Source: Actinomycetospora lutea
Lineage (GTDB): Bacteria > Actinomycetota > Actinomycetes > Mycobacteriales > Pseudonocardiaceae
Assembly (NCBI RefSeq): GCF_028737205.1
Contig: NZ_JAQZAL010000043.1
Coordinates: 18,603 to 42,602 of the forward strand
DNA length: 24,000 nucleotides
Reading direction: 5' to 3'
Under the pieces are notes generated by a model that worked only from the letters and a program-made list of their open reading frames with translations, did no database searches and was not told the origin of the DNA. This document shows, piece by piece, positions 14,821 through 22,649 of this stretch; positions within the stretch are counted from its first letter, which is position 1; the number at the start of each line of letters is the position of its first letter. A program made the position numbers and the translations under genes.

Positions 14821-15132
14821 TCAGCCGAGCGCGCTGACCAGGGCCTCGCGCTGGCGGGAGCCGAGCCCGGCGACGCGCCGGTCCTCGGGGATCCCGGCCT
14901 GCTCGAGCACGGCCGAGGCCTTGGCCGGGCCGTAGCCGGGCAGCGCGCGGACGAGCTGGGACACCTTCGTCTTGCCGGCGATCGGGTCGCTCTTGCCGCG
15001 GTCGAGGACGGCGGGGATCGACTCCTCGCCGCTCTTGATGCCGGCCAGGAGCGCGGAACGGGCCTGCCGGGCCTCGCGGGACTTGGCCTGGGCGGCCTCG
15101 CGCTGCTCGGGGGTCAACGTCGGGAGGGCCAT
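14821..15132 (-). CDS. mihF: Actinobacterial integration host factor mIHF
   Basis: Track ORF 14821..15411 trimmed to ATG 15132, which is preceded by GAGAGGGGAG. MALPTLTPEQREAAQAKSREARQARSALLAGIKSGEESIPAVL..GKTKVSQLVRALPGYGPAKASAVLEQAGIPEDRRVAGLGSRQREALVSALG aligns by eye with M. tuberculosis mIHF (MALPQLTDEQRAAALEKAAAARRARAELK...RRLRGLGDRQRKALLEKFG). Confidence 0.9.
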   Translation of the reverse strand: MALPTLTPEQREAAQAKSREARQARSALLAGIKSGEESIPAVLDRGKSDPIAGKTKVSQLVRALPGYGPAKASAVLEQAGIPEDRRVAGLGSRQREALVSALG

Positions 15133-15423
15133 CGCGGTGTCTCCCCTCTCTGTGGTGCGGGTTCGTCGCGGAGGGACCACGACGTCGGTCGGACCGGTCG
15201 CAAACAGACGGTCACACGGACGGTCGGTCGAGCCCGTGCGCCACGCCGCGACGGTGCCGCGATCCGGACGCCCGGGCCGATGGTTGCGGGACCGTACACC
15301 CTCCCGACGGGTGCCCTGCCCCTGACCTGGGCGGATCACCACTCCGCCCTCCGCAGCACCGCGACGGGTGACATCCGGGCCACCCTCATCACCCACGTGC
15401 GCCCCTTCCACACCCGGGCGGGC

Positions 15424-16047
15424 TCACCGGCGGGGCGACGACGCGCGGTGGACGACCGCCGGCGGCAGGTTGCGCCAGGTCACCGGGGAGGTCTCGACCG
15501 CGCCGAAGCACTCGTCCAGCTCCTCGCGCAGCGCCCGCGCCGGCGCCGCCCACGCGGTCGCGCGGTAGGCAAACTGCACGAACACGCCGTCGTCGGCGAG
15601 GGCACGCGCCACGACCGGGAGCAGGGAGTCCACGCGCCCCGGGCGGGTGGCCGACCAGCCCAGCCCGCTGACGACGGCCTGCGCCCCGCGGATGCCGCGC
15701 AGCGCGAGGATCGCGCCGAGCTCGGCCACGTCGGCGGGCACCACCTCGACGCCGGGGAACCGCTCACCGAGCCGGTGGGCGAGCACCGGGTTGATCTCCA
15801 CCGCGATCTGGCGCCCCCGACCCGCCAGCCGGTGCGCGAGCAGCCCGGTGAACGCGCCGCTGCCGGCCCCGAGCTCCACGACGACAGGGTCCGGGGGCGC
15901 GGCGCGCAGGGCGGCCTCGGCCATGCCGCGGGCCAGGGCGGTGCTGCTGGGCCAGACCGAGGCCGTGGCCACCGGCGCCCGGACGAACTGGGCGGCGAAC
16001 ATCGCGCGGTCGGCGAGGGAGGCCTCGCGGGGCGGGTCAGGCGACAT
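15424..16047 (-). CDS. Class I SAM-dependent methyltransferase, phospholipid N-methyltransferase-like (COG3963 type)
   Basis: Track ORF 15424..16683 trimmed to ATG 16047. FVRAPVATASVWPSSTALARGMAEAA..VVVELGAGSGAFTGLL..IAVEINPVLAHRLGERFPGVEVVPADVAEL..AVVSGLG follows the COG3963 layout (FL..P...GAi.PSS..La..m, vVELGpGTGvfT, ..iE.n..f...L...fp...v..gDA, ..viSglP). Its ATG lies 11 nt inside the end of the upstream acyltransferase gene. Confidence 0.75.
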   Translation of the reverse strand: MSPDPPREASLADRAMFAAQFVRAPVATASVWPSSTALARGMAEAALRAAPPDPVVVELGAGSGAFTGLLAHRLAGRGRQIAVEINPVLAHRLGERFPGVEVVPADVAELGAILALRGIRGAQAVVSGLGWSATRPGRVDSLLPVVARALADDGVFVQFAYRATAWAAPARALREELDECFGAVETSPVTWRNLPPAVVHRASSPRR

Positions 16048-16954
16048 GCTCGAGCTCCGGGACGGTCGGGAGCGCGACGGGGCGCGCAGCGACGTGACCT
16101 GCGAGGTCGGGCGGAAGGACACGAGCGATCGCCGTGGCCGTGCGGTCGGCGAGCGCGCGCCGGGCGCTCGCCCGCGCCGGGCCGGCCGGGACCGTGCGCG
16201 GGTCGACGACCCCGCAGGCGGTGACGTCGACGTCGACGCCGCGCACGGTGAGCACGCGCCGCAGCGACGAGGCGAGCGTGTCGTCGCCGACGAAGGCCGC
16301 GGTGGCGTCGAGGGGCGCGGTGCCCGGCAGGTCGCCGCGGCGCCGGTAGCGCAGGGCCACCGGGACGACCGGGGCGCCGGCGTCGCGTGCGGCCTGGAAG
16401 GCGGCGGGCCGGAAGGCGCCGAGGTCGCGCCCGCAGCGCGTGGTGCCCTCGGCGAACACCCCGATCGGCGTCCCCGTCCGCAGCGCGTCGGCGAGGACGG
16501 CGACGGCACCGGGCAGGTCGCGCAGCCGGTCGCGATCGAGGAACACCGTGCCCGCCCGCGCGGCCATGAGGCCCAGCAGCGGCCACCGGCGGACCTCGGC
16601 CTTCGCGAGCATCCGGACCGGTGCCACGGCCTGCAGGGCGAACACGTCGAGCCACGACACGTGGTTGGCGACGACGAGCGCACCGGGCGGCGCGGGCGGG
16701 CCGGTGTGGCGCACCCGGACCCCGCAGGCCGAGAGCACCGCGGCCGCCCAGACCCGCTGCACCACCGAGGTCGCGGACGGGCCGAGCAGCGGGACCACGA
16801 GCGCGGCGAGCAGGCCCGCGACCAGCACGACGGCCAGGGCGGCGCCCCGCACGGCCGGCCGGACGACCCGCAGCGCCCGGGCCCGCCCGGTGGTGCGCCC
16901 GGCGACGGGCAGGCAGCCGGGGTCGCACGGCGAGGTCGGCGACCAGGCGTTCAC
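16037..16954 (-). CDS. olsA: PlsC-family lysolipid acyltransferase (OlsA-like)
   Basis: Track ORF 16037..18496 trimmed to GTG 16954, which overlaps the upstream TGA (GTGA at 16951-16954). It has an N-terminal TM segment, the HX4D motif VANHVSWLDV, and the second acyltransferase block GVFAEGTTRCG. The symbol is assigned only because of the adjacent olsB-like gene. Confidence 0.75.
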   Translation of the reverse strand: MNAWSPTSPCDPGCLPVAGRTTGRARALRVVRPAVRGAALAVVLVAGLLAALVVPLLGPSATSVVQRVWAAAVLSACGVRVRHTGPPAPPGALVVANHVSWLDVFALQAVAPVRMLAKAEVRRWPLLGLMAARAGTVFLDRDRLRDLPGAVAVLADALRTGTPIGVFAEGTTRCGRDLGAFRPAAFQAARDAGAPVVPVALRYRRRGDLPGTAPLDATAAFVGDDTLASSLRRVLTVRGVDVDVTACGVVDPRTVPAGPARASARRALADRTATAIARVLPPDLAGHVAARPVALPTVPELEHVA

Positions 16955-17868
16955 CCGTCCTCCCCGGCGAGGTAGCGGCGCCAGCGCGGGTCGATGGCCG
17001 TGTGGTCGAGCAGGACGAACAGGTCGGCGACACCGAAGTCGGGGTCGAGCGCCGGGACGCCGCCGATCTCGGCGCCGAGGCGCAGGTAGCCGCGCAGCAG
17101 CGGCGGCAGGCCCGCCCGGGCGGCGCGGCGGGCGCCGGGGGCCTCCGGGTCGTGGCCGGCGATCGGGGCCTCGCGCCACGGGCGCACCCGCCGCGCGGAC
17201 GGCGCGAGGTGCGTCGAGGCGACCAGCGACCACACCCCGCCGGGCATCGCGCCCTCGGGCGTCAGCGCGACGCTCGCGCAGCCGACGGCCCAGCGGCGCC
17301 CGGACAGCACCATGTAGCGCAGGATCCCGGCCCAGACCAGCGAGAGCACCACGCCGTGGCGGTGGTCGGGGTGCACGCAGGAACGCCCGACCTCGACGAT
17401 CTCGTCGCGCAGGCCGTCGAGGGCCGCGAGGTCGAACTCGGTGTCGGAGTAGAGCCCGCCGGCGGCCCGGGCGCCCTCCGGCGTGAGCATCCGGTAGGTG
17501 CCGACGATCGCGCCGGTGGCGTCCTCGCGGACGACGAGGTGGTCGCAGTGGGCGTCGAAGGCGTCGGCGTCGCGGCCCTCGGCGGCGGCCGCGAGGGCGA
17601 CCGCGTCGTCGGGGGCGGGCCGGGCGCCCTGCTCGCCGGCGAACACGCGGTGGCGCAGCCGCTGGGCGGCGGCGACGTGCGCCGGCTCGCGGGTGAGCAG
17701 CAGGCTGTAGCGGCCCGCGGTGTCCGGGGCGGCGTCGGGGGCGAGGTCGGGGGCGAGGTCGGGGGCGGGCCCGGTGGGCGGGGCGGCGACGGCGACCGCC
17801 GTGTCGCGCTCGTCCTGGCTCTCGGCGGCGGGTCCGGCGGACCGCGCCAACACCTGGGATGTGGCCAT
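16951..17868 (-). CDS. olsB: GNAT-type N-acyltransferase of the OlsB / N-acyl amino acid synthase family (Acetyltransf_5-like)
   Basis: AAQRLRHRVFAGEQGA..GRDADAFDAHCDHLVVRE..GAIVGTYRMLTPEGA..GGLYSDTEFDL..LDGLRDEIVEVGRSCVHPDHR..VLSLVWAGILRYM matches the OlsB pattern (LRy.VF..E.ga....g.D.D.fD..C.HLlV.d....vVGTYRLl......G.fYs..EFd......lE.GRsCv...yR). An N-terminal extension of about 55 aa contains APDLAPDLAPDAAPD, so the start position is uncertain. Confidence 0.75.
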   Translation of the reverse strand: MATSQVLARSAGPAAESQDERDTAVAVAAPPTGPAPDLAPDLAPDAAPDTAGRYSLLLTREPAHVAAAQRLRHRVFAGEQGARPAPDDAVALAAAAEGRDADAFDAHCDHLVVREDATGAIVGTYRMLTPEGARAAGGLYSDTEFDLAALDGLRDEIVEVGRSCVHPDHRHGVVLSLVWAGILRYMVLSGRRWAVGCASVALTPEGAMPGGVWSLVASTHLAPSARRVRPWREAPIAGHDPEAPGARRAARAGLPPLLRGYLRLGAEIGGVPALDPDFGVADLFVLLDHTAIDPRWRRYLAGEDG

Positions 17869-17948
17869 GGCCGGTGTCTACGGGCCGCGATCGCCCGTCG
17901 GCCCACCCCGGCGTGACGGTCGGGTGTGGTCCCGGTGAACTCGGTGGC

Positions 17949-19109
17949 TCAGGCCGCCGGCGTGGTCGCGACGGGCACGCGGCCGTCGGACTCGTCGCCG
18001 GCGATGACGGCGGCGTAGTGCCCGAGGAGCTCCTCGCACACCGAGGGCCAGGTGCGTCCGGCGACGCGGCGGCGCCCGGCGGCGCCGAACGCGCGCCGCC
18101 TCCCCGGGTCGTCGCGCCACGCGGCGACCCGGCCGACGATCTCGGCGCCGGCCGTCGGCGAGGACGGGTCGTAGAGCCAGCCCGTCCGGCCCGGGTCGAC
18201 GAGATCGGCGACGCCGCCCGCGTCGGGGGCGAGCACCGGGAGCCCGGAGGCCTGGGCCTCCTGGACGGCCTGGCAGAACGTCTCGTGCGGACCGGTGTGC
18301 ACGAACGCGTCGAAGGAGGCGTAGGCCCGCGCCAGCTCGGTGCCGCCGCGGAACCCGAGGAAGTGGGCGGACGGCAGCAGCTCGCCCAGGCGCGCCCGCG
18401 AGGGCCCGTCGCCGACCACCACGACCCGCACGCCGGGCAGGCCCTCGAGGGCGGCGAGCCGCTCGACCTGCTTCTCCGGGGCGAGGCGGCCCACATACCC
18501 GACGAGCAGCTCGCCGTGCGGGGCGAGCTCGGCGCGCAGGGCGTCGTCGCGGCGGTCGGGGTGGAAGCGGGCGGTGTCGACCCCGCGGCCCCAGCGGTGC
18601 ACCCGCGGCACGCCGTGGGACTCCAGCGCGTCCACCGCCCATCGCGAGGGCGCCAGCGTGCGTGCGGCGCCGCTGTGCACCCGGCGGATCCAGCGCCACG
18701 CGGCCCGCGCGGTCAGGCCGACCCCGTACGACGACGCGAAGCCGGCGACGTCGGTCTGGTACACGGCCACCGCCGGGACGCCCAGGCGCCGGGCGACGGT
18801 GAGGGCCCGCGCGCCGAGGACGAACGGCGAGGCCAGGTGCACCACGTCGGGCCGGTACTCGGCGAGCGCCGCGCGCACCGCCGGGGTCGGCACGCCGACC
18901 GGCAGCGAGTCGACGCCCGGCACGTCGACGGCCGGCACCCGCACCACGGGCACGTGCGGCGCCCCCGGCACCTCGTCGGGCCCCGCGCCCGGGGCGATGA
19001 CCATGGCGGAGTGGCCGCGGCGCTGCAGGTGGGCGACGACCTGGAGCACGGAGTTGGTGACGCCGTTGACGGCGGGCAGGAACGACTCGGTCACGACGGC
19101 GACGCGCAC
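17949..19109 (-). CDS. mgtA: GT4 glycosyltransferase resembling the Rv0557/MgtA-type GDP-mannose-dependent alpha-mannosyltransferase
   Basis: Track ORF 17949..19508 trimmed to GTG 19109 (VRVAVVTESFLPAVNGVTNSVLQVVAHL). Later blocks VVHLASPFVLG, VAVYQTDVAGFASSYG, VGRLAPEKQV, HETFCQAVQEAQASGLPVLAPDAGG and VCEELLGHY match my recollection of the mycobacterial/corynebacterial MgtA family. The start has a weak RBS. Confidence 0.75.
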   Translation of the reverse strand: MRVAVVTESFLPAVNGVTNSVLQVVAHLQRRGHSAMVIAPGAGPDEVPGAPHVPVVRVPAVDVPGVDSLPVGVPTPAVRAALAEYRPDVVHLASPFVLGARALTVARRLGVPAVAVYQTDVAGFASSYGVGLTARAAWRWIRRVHSGAARTLAPSRWAVDALESHGVPRVHRWGRGVDTARFHPDRRDDALRAELAPHGELLVGYVGRLAPEKQVERLAALEGLPGVRVVVVGDGPSRARLGELLPSAHFLGFRGGTELARAYASFDAFVHTGPHETFCQAVQEAQASGLPVLAPDAGGVADLVDPGRTGWLYDPSSPTAGAEIVGRVAAWRDDPGRRRAFGAAGRRRVAGRTWPSVCEELLGHYAAVIAGDESDGRVPVATTPAA

Positions 19110-19348
19110 TCCCGCACCGTTGCCGCCCCGGGACCCCGTCGGCCGACGACGACGTGTCCCTCGTCCTAACACCGACCCAACACTCTGGAGGGTCACCGCT
19201 CGGAGATCCGCGCGCAGATCACCCACCGTCAGATCGTGTCCGGACGACGAGCCGCGCATCGGTGTGTCGTGGCACCATTTCCCGGCGTGTCGGCCACGGA
19301 CGGTGGACGGAGGACCATCCGCTGCGCGTGTCGGGGGAACCTGGCGTG

Positions 19349-19370
19349 TTGACAGCGCGGTGGCGCTGTC
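19349..19370. promoter_or_regulatory. Consensus -35-like TTGACA overlapped by a perfect 8-4-8 palindrome (candidate operator or RNA hairpin)
   Basis: TTGACA lies at 19349-19354. GACAGCGC (19351-19358), spacer ggtg, then GCGCTGTC (19363-19370) are exact reverse complements. The only nearby -10 candidate is TACTTG (19373-19378), which is imperfect. The site is 83 nt upstream of the DUF574 methyltransferase start. Confidence 0.35.
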
Positions 19371-19452
19371 GGCTACTTGGTCCCCGGGTGTGGCCGACCT
19401 GCGGCGCCGCCGCTCACCGGGCGACGGCGCCGAGGACGAGGGGAGGGGGACC

Positions 19453-20280
19453 GTGCTCGACGACCACCGCTGGCCGATCGGCCCTCCCGGGGCGGCGAAC
19501 TTCGACATCCCGAGCTCCGCGCGCGTCTACGACTTCCTGCTCGGCGGCACCTCGCACGGCGCCGTCGACCGCGTGATGGGGCGCGACCTCGCTCGCGCCG
19601 AGCCCCTGGTCGTGTCGGTCGTGCGCGAGAACCGGTCGTTCCTGCGCCGCGCCGTCACGTTCCTCGCGCGCGCCGGGATCGACCAGTTCCTCGACCTCGG
19701 CTCGGGCATCCCGACGATGGGCAACACCCACGAGGTCGCCCGCCGCGTGACCCCGGACGCGCGGGTCGCCTACGTCGACATCGACCCGGTCGCGGTCTCG
19801 CACGGCGAGCTGCTGCTGGGCTCGGCGAAGGGCGTGACCGTGACCGAGGCCGACCTGCGGACCCCGGAGGAGGTCCTGGGCGCCCGCGCGGTGACCGACG
19901 TGCTCGACTTCTCGCGGCCGGTCGGGGTGCTGATGTTCTCGGTGCTCCAGCACGTGTCCGCCGCCGACGACCCCGCCGCCGTGGTCGCCGGCTACCTGTC
20001 CCGGGTCGTGCCGGGCAGCGCGCTGGCCGTCTCGCACCTCACCGCCGACGACCCGCGCATCGACATGGACGCCATCCTCGGGCCGACCCGCGCGTACCGC
20101 AGCGGGCGGGCCACGACCCGCTCGGCCGCCGAGCTCGCCGCGCTGGTCGAGGGCGTCGATCTCGTCGAGCCCGGCCTCGTCTTCGCCGCGCAGTGGCGTC
20201 CCGAGGCGCGCCGGCACCGCGGCCCGCTCGCCGAGCCGTGCTGCGGGCACCGCGCGGCCGTCGGTTTCCTCCCCGCCTGA
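19453..20280 (+). CDS. SAM-dependent methyltransferase, DUF574 / Methyltransf_19 family
   Basis: Track ORF 18340..20280 trimmed to GTG 19453, directly after GGGAGGGGGA. FDIPSSARVYDFLLGGTSHGAVDR..ENRSFLRRAVTFLARAGIDQFLDLGSGIPTMGNTHEVARRVTPDARVAYVDIDPVAV..ADLRTPEEVL..LDFSRPVGVLMFSVLQHV is the family pattern known from Streptomyces. Confidence 0.85.
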   Translation: MLDDHRWPIGPPGAANFDIPSSARVYDFLLGGTSHGAVDRVMGRDLARAEPLVVSVVRENRSFLRRAVTFLARAGIDQFLDLGSGIPTMGNTHEVARRVTPDARVAYVDIDPVAVSHGELLLGSAKGVTVTEADLRTPEEVLGARAVTDVLDFSRPVGVLMFSVLQHVSAADDPAAVVAGYLSRVVPGSALAVSHLTADDPRIDMDAILGPTRAYRSGRATTRSAAELAALVEGVDLVEPGLVFAAQWRPEARRHRGPLAEPCCGHRAAVGFLPA

Positions 20281-20309
20281 CGCCGCGACCACGCCCCGTT
20301 CACCTCGCT

Positions 20310-20338
20310 CTCCGATCTCGTGGCCGCACCGATCGGAG
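20310..20338 (+). terminator. Hairpin 30 nt after the methyltransferase stop
   Basis: CTCCGATC (20310-20317) and GATCGGAG (20331-20338) are exact reverse complements with a 13-nt loop. There is no U-tract. Confidence 0.3.
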
Positions 20339-20555
20339 CAGTGCCACACCGCTCGTCACTACTCCGTTCGCCGCTGACCGCGACGAGATGACCACTCACC
20401 GCGACTTCCGGGCGATCACCGGTCACGGCTCGTCACAAAAGGTCTCGGTTCGGTTACGGTCCCGGACCGCGTCGTCCCGCTCCCCAGCACCACCCGGGCG
20501 CCGCACGGGTCGCCCCTGCGGGTCCCGTCCACCCACGAGACGAACCGGAGCCCCG

Positions 20556-20939
20556 ATGTCTGGTCGCCACCACCTGCCGTCCGCCCCGTCCCGTCCGCTG
20601 CTCAAGGTCGGCGTCGTCGCCGCGGCCGCCGTGACCGGGCCGCTGGCCATCACGGGCACGGCCATGGCCGCGCCGTCGGCCTCGCCCGAGTCGAACGCGA
20701 CCTGGGACCGCCTCGCGATGTGCGAGAGCACCCAGAACTGGGAGGCCGACACCGGCAACGGCTTCAAGGGCGGCCTGCAGTTCACCGACTCGACCTGGAG
20801 CGAGTTCGGCGGCGAGCAGTTCGCCGACGCGCCCGACGAGGCCAGCCGCGAGCAGCAGATCCGCGTCGCCAAGAAGGTCCAGGACGAGCAGGGCTGGAAC
20901 GCCTGGCCGACCTGCTCGGAGAAGCTCGGCCTCCAGTAG
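20556..20939 (+). CDS. rpf: Resuscitation-promoting factor (Rpf) lytic transglycosylase-like protein, domain-only form with signal peptide
   Basis: Track ORF 19377..20939 trimmed to ATG 20556 (GGAG 8 nt upstream). It has a signal peptide ...AITGTAMAAPS. The Rpf domain reads WDRLAMCESTQNWEADTGNGFKGGLQFTDSTWSEFGG..ASREQQIRVAKKVQDEQGWNAWPTCSEKLGL, with the catalytic Glu and both Cys present. Confidence 0.88.
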   Translation: MSGRHHLPSAPSRPLLKVGVVAAAAVTGPLAITGTAMAAPSASPESNATWDRLAMCESTQNWEADTGNGFKGGLQFTDSTWSEFGGEQFADAPDEASREQQIRVAKKVQDEQGWNAWPTCSEKLGLQ

Positions 20940-20964
20940 TCCCACCCACGGGCCCACTGCCACG

Positions 20965-22617
20965 ATGCCCGGTATGCCCGACGCGGACGTCATCGTGGTG
21001 GGAGCCGGACTCGCCGGACTCGTCGCCACCGCCGAGCTCGCCGACGCCGGACGCCGGGTGATCCTGCTCGACCAGGAGCCCGAGGCGTCCCTCGGCGGGC
21101 AGGCCTGGTGGTCGTTCGGCGGGCTCTTCCTCGTCGACAGCCCCGAGCAGCGTCGCCTGCGCGTCCGCGACTCCTTCGACCTCGCCTGGTCCGACTGGAC
21201 CTCCAGCGCCGGCTTCGACCGCGCCGACGAGGACCGGTGGGGCCGCGAGTGGGCCCGCGCCTACGTCGAGTGGGCCGCCGGCGAGAAGCGGCCCTGGCTG
21301 CACGCGATGGGCGTGCGCTTCTTCCCCGTCGTCGGCTGGGCCGAACGGGGCGGCGCCTCGGCCACCGGCCACGGCAACTCGGTGCCCCGCTTCCACATCG
21401 TCTGGGGCACCGGGCCCGGCATCCTCGAGCCGTTCCTGCGGCGGGTCCACGCCGCGGTCGCCGACGGGCGCGTGACGATCCGCTGCCGCCACCGCGTCGA
21501 CGCCCTCGAGACGACCGCCGGCGCGGTGACCGGCGTGTCCGGCACGGTGCTCCAGCCCTCCGAGGTCGCGCGGGGCGAGGCGAGCTCGCGGGAGGCCGTC
21601 GGCTCCTTCACGCTGAGGGCGGGCAGCGTCGTCGTCACCTCCGGCGGCATCGGCGGCAACCACGACGCCGTGCGCGCCGCCTGGCCCGAACGCCTCGGTC
21701 CGCCGCCGCGCGAGATGATCTCCGGGGTGCCCGCCCACGTCGACGGGCGCATGATCGGCATCAGCGAGGACGCCGGCGGGCGCGTCGTCAACCGTGACCG
21801 GATGTGGCACTACACCGAGGGGATCGTCAACCACTCCCCGGTCTGGCCGCTGCACGGCATCCGCATCCTGCCCGGGCCGTCGTCGCTGTGGTTCGACGCC
21901 GAGGGCCGGCGGCTGCCCGCGCCGCTGTGGCCCGGGTTCGACACCCTCGCGACCCTCGAGCACATCGGGCGCACCGGCCACGACCACACGTGGTTCGTGC
22001 TCAACCAGCGGATCCTCGAGAAGGAGTTCGCCCTCTCGGGCTCCGAGCAGAACCCCGACTTCACCGGCCGCGACATCCGCCTGACCCTGCAGCGGGTCCG
22101 GCCCGGCCCGACCGAGCCGGTGGCCGCCTTCCAGCGCTCCGGCGAGGACTTCGTGACGGCCGGATCGCTCGGCGAGCTGGTCGGGAAGATGAACGCGCTC
22201 ACCCGCGAGCCGCTGCTGGACGCGGCGAACGTCGAGCGCGAGGTCCTCGCCCGCGACGCCGAGCTTGCCAACCCCTACGGCAAGGACGGCCAGCTCGCCG
22301 CCATCCGGTCGGCGCGCGGCTACCTCGGCGACCGGCTGGTGCGCGTGGCCCCGCCGCACCGCATCCTCGACCCCGCCGCCGGGCCGCTGGTCGGCGTGAA
22401 GCTGCACGTGCTCACGCGCAAGACGCTCGGCGGGCTCTGGACCGACCTCGACGGGCGGGTCCTGCGCGCCGACGGCACCCCGCTCCCCGGGCTGTACGCG
22501 GCGGGCGAGGCGGCGGGCTTCGGCGGCGGCGGCGTGCACGGCTACCGCTCGCTGGAGGGCACGTTCCTCGGCGGCTGCCTGTTCTCGGGCCGGCAGGTCG
22601 GCCGCGCCCTGGCGTAA
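20965..22617 (+). CDS. FAD-binding dehydrogenase (COG3573-type, fumarate reductase/KstD-like fold)
   Basis: Dinucleotide motif DVIVVGAGLAGLVATAELADAGRRVILLDQE, then LGGQAWWSFGGLFLVDSPEQRRLRVRDS..WAERGG..GNSVPRFH, and the C-terminal GLYAAGEAAGFGGGGVHGYRSLEGTFLGGCLFSGR. ATG 20974 is an alternative start. Confidence 0.85.
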   Translation: MPGMPDADVIVVGAGLAGLVATAELADAGRRVILLDQEPEASLGGQAWWSFGGLFLVDSPEQRRLRVRDSFDLAWSDWTSSAGFDRADEDRWGREWARAYVEWAAGEKRPWLHAMGVRFFPVVGWAERGGASATGHGNSVPRFHIVWGTGPGILEPFLRRVHAAVADGRVTIRCRHRVDALETTAGAVTGVSGTVLQPSEVARGEASSREAVGSFTLRAGSVVVTSGGIGGNHDAVRAAWPERLGPPPREMISGVPAHVDGRMIGISEDAGGRVVNRDRMWHYTEGIVNHSPVWPLHGIRILPGPSSLWFDAEGRRLPAPLWPGFDTLATLEHIGRTGHDHTWFVLNQRILEKEFALSGSEQNPDFTGRDIRLTLQRVRPGPTEPVAAFQRSGEDFVTAGSLGELVGKMNALTREPLLDAANVEREVLARDAELANPYGKDGQLAAIRSARGYLGDRLVRVAPPHRILDPAAGPLVGVKLHVLTRKTLGGLWTDLDGRVLRADGTPLPGLYAAGEAAGFGGGGVHGYRSLEGTFLGGCLFSGRQVGRALA

Positions 22618-22649
22618 CCCTCGCCCCCCGCCGCCCGCCGCTGACGCAG

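Noticed and set aside
14116-16224. 702-aa plus-strand ORF and the 13620..14672 minus-strand ORF
   Set aside because: Junk-composition translations overlapping the mihF, methyltransferase and Ala-rich genes. The 14116 ORF also reads straight through the 14734-14798 hairpin.
16955-18496. Long N-terminal extensions offered by the track (16037..18496, 15424..16683, 17949..19508, 18340..20280, 19377..20939, 4863..6236, 601..3042, 3087..4484, 14821..15411, 23378..23776)
   Set aside because: In each case the extension overlaps a neighbouring real gene or is Arg/Pro-rich with degraded position-3 bias. An internal ATG/GTG with an SD-like sequence sits exactly where the recognisable domain begins, so the genes were trimmed accordingly.
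20281-20555. Expected ydaO / c-di-AMP riboswitch upstream of rpf
   Set aside because: None of the conserved sequence blocks I know for that riboswitch is present by eye. This is reported only as an absence, to be confirmed with Infernal.
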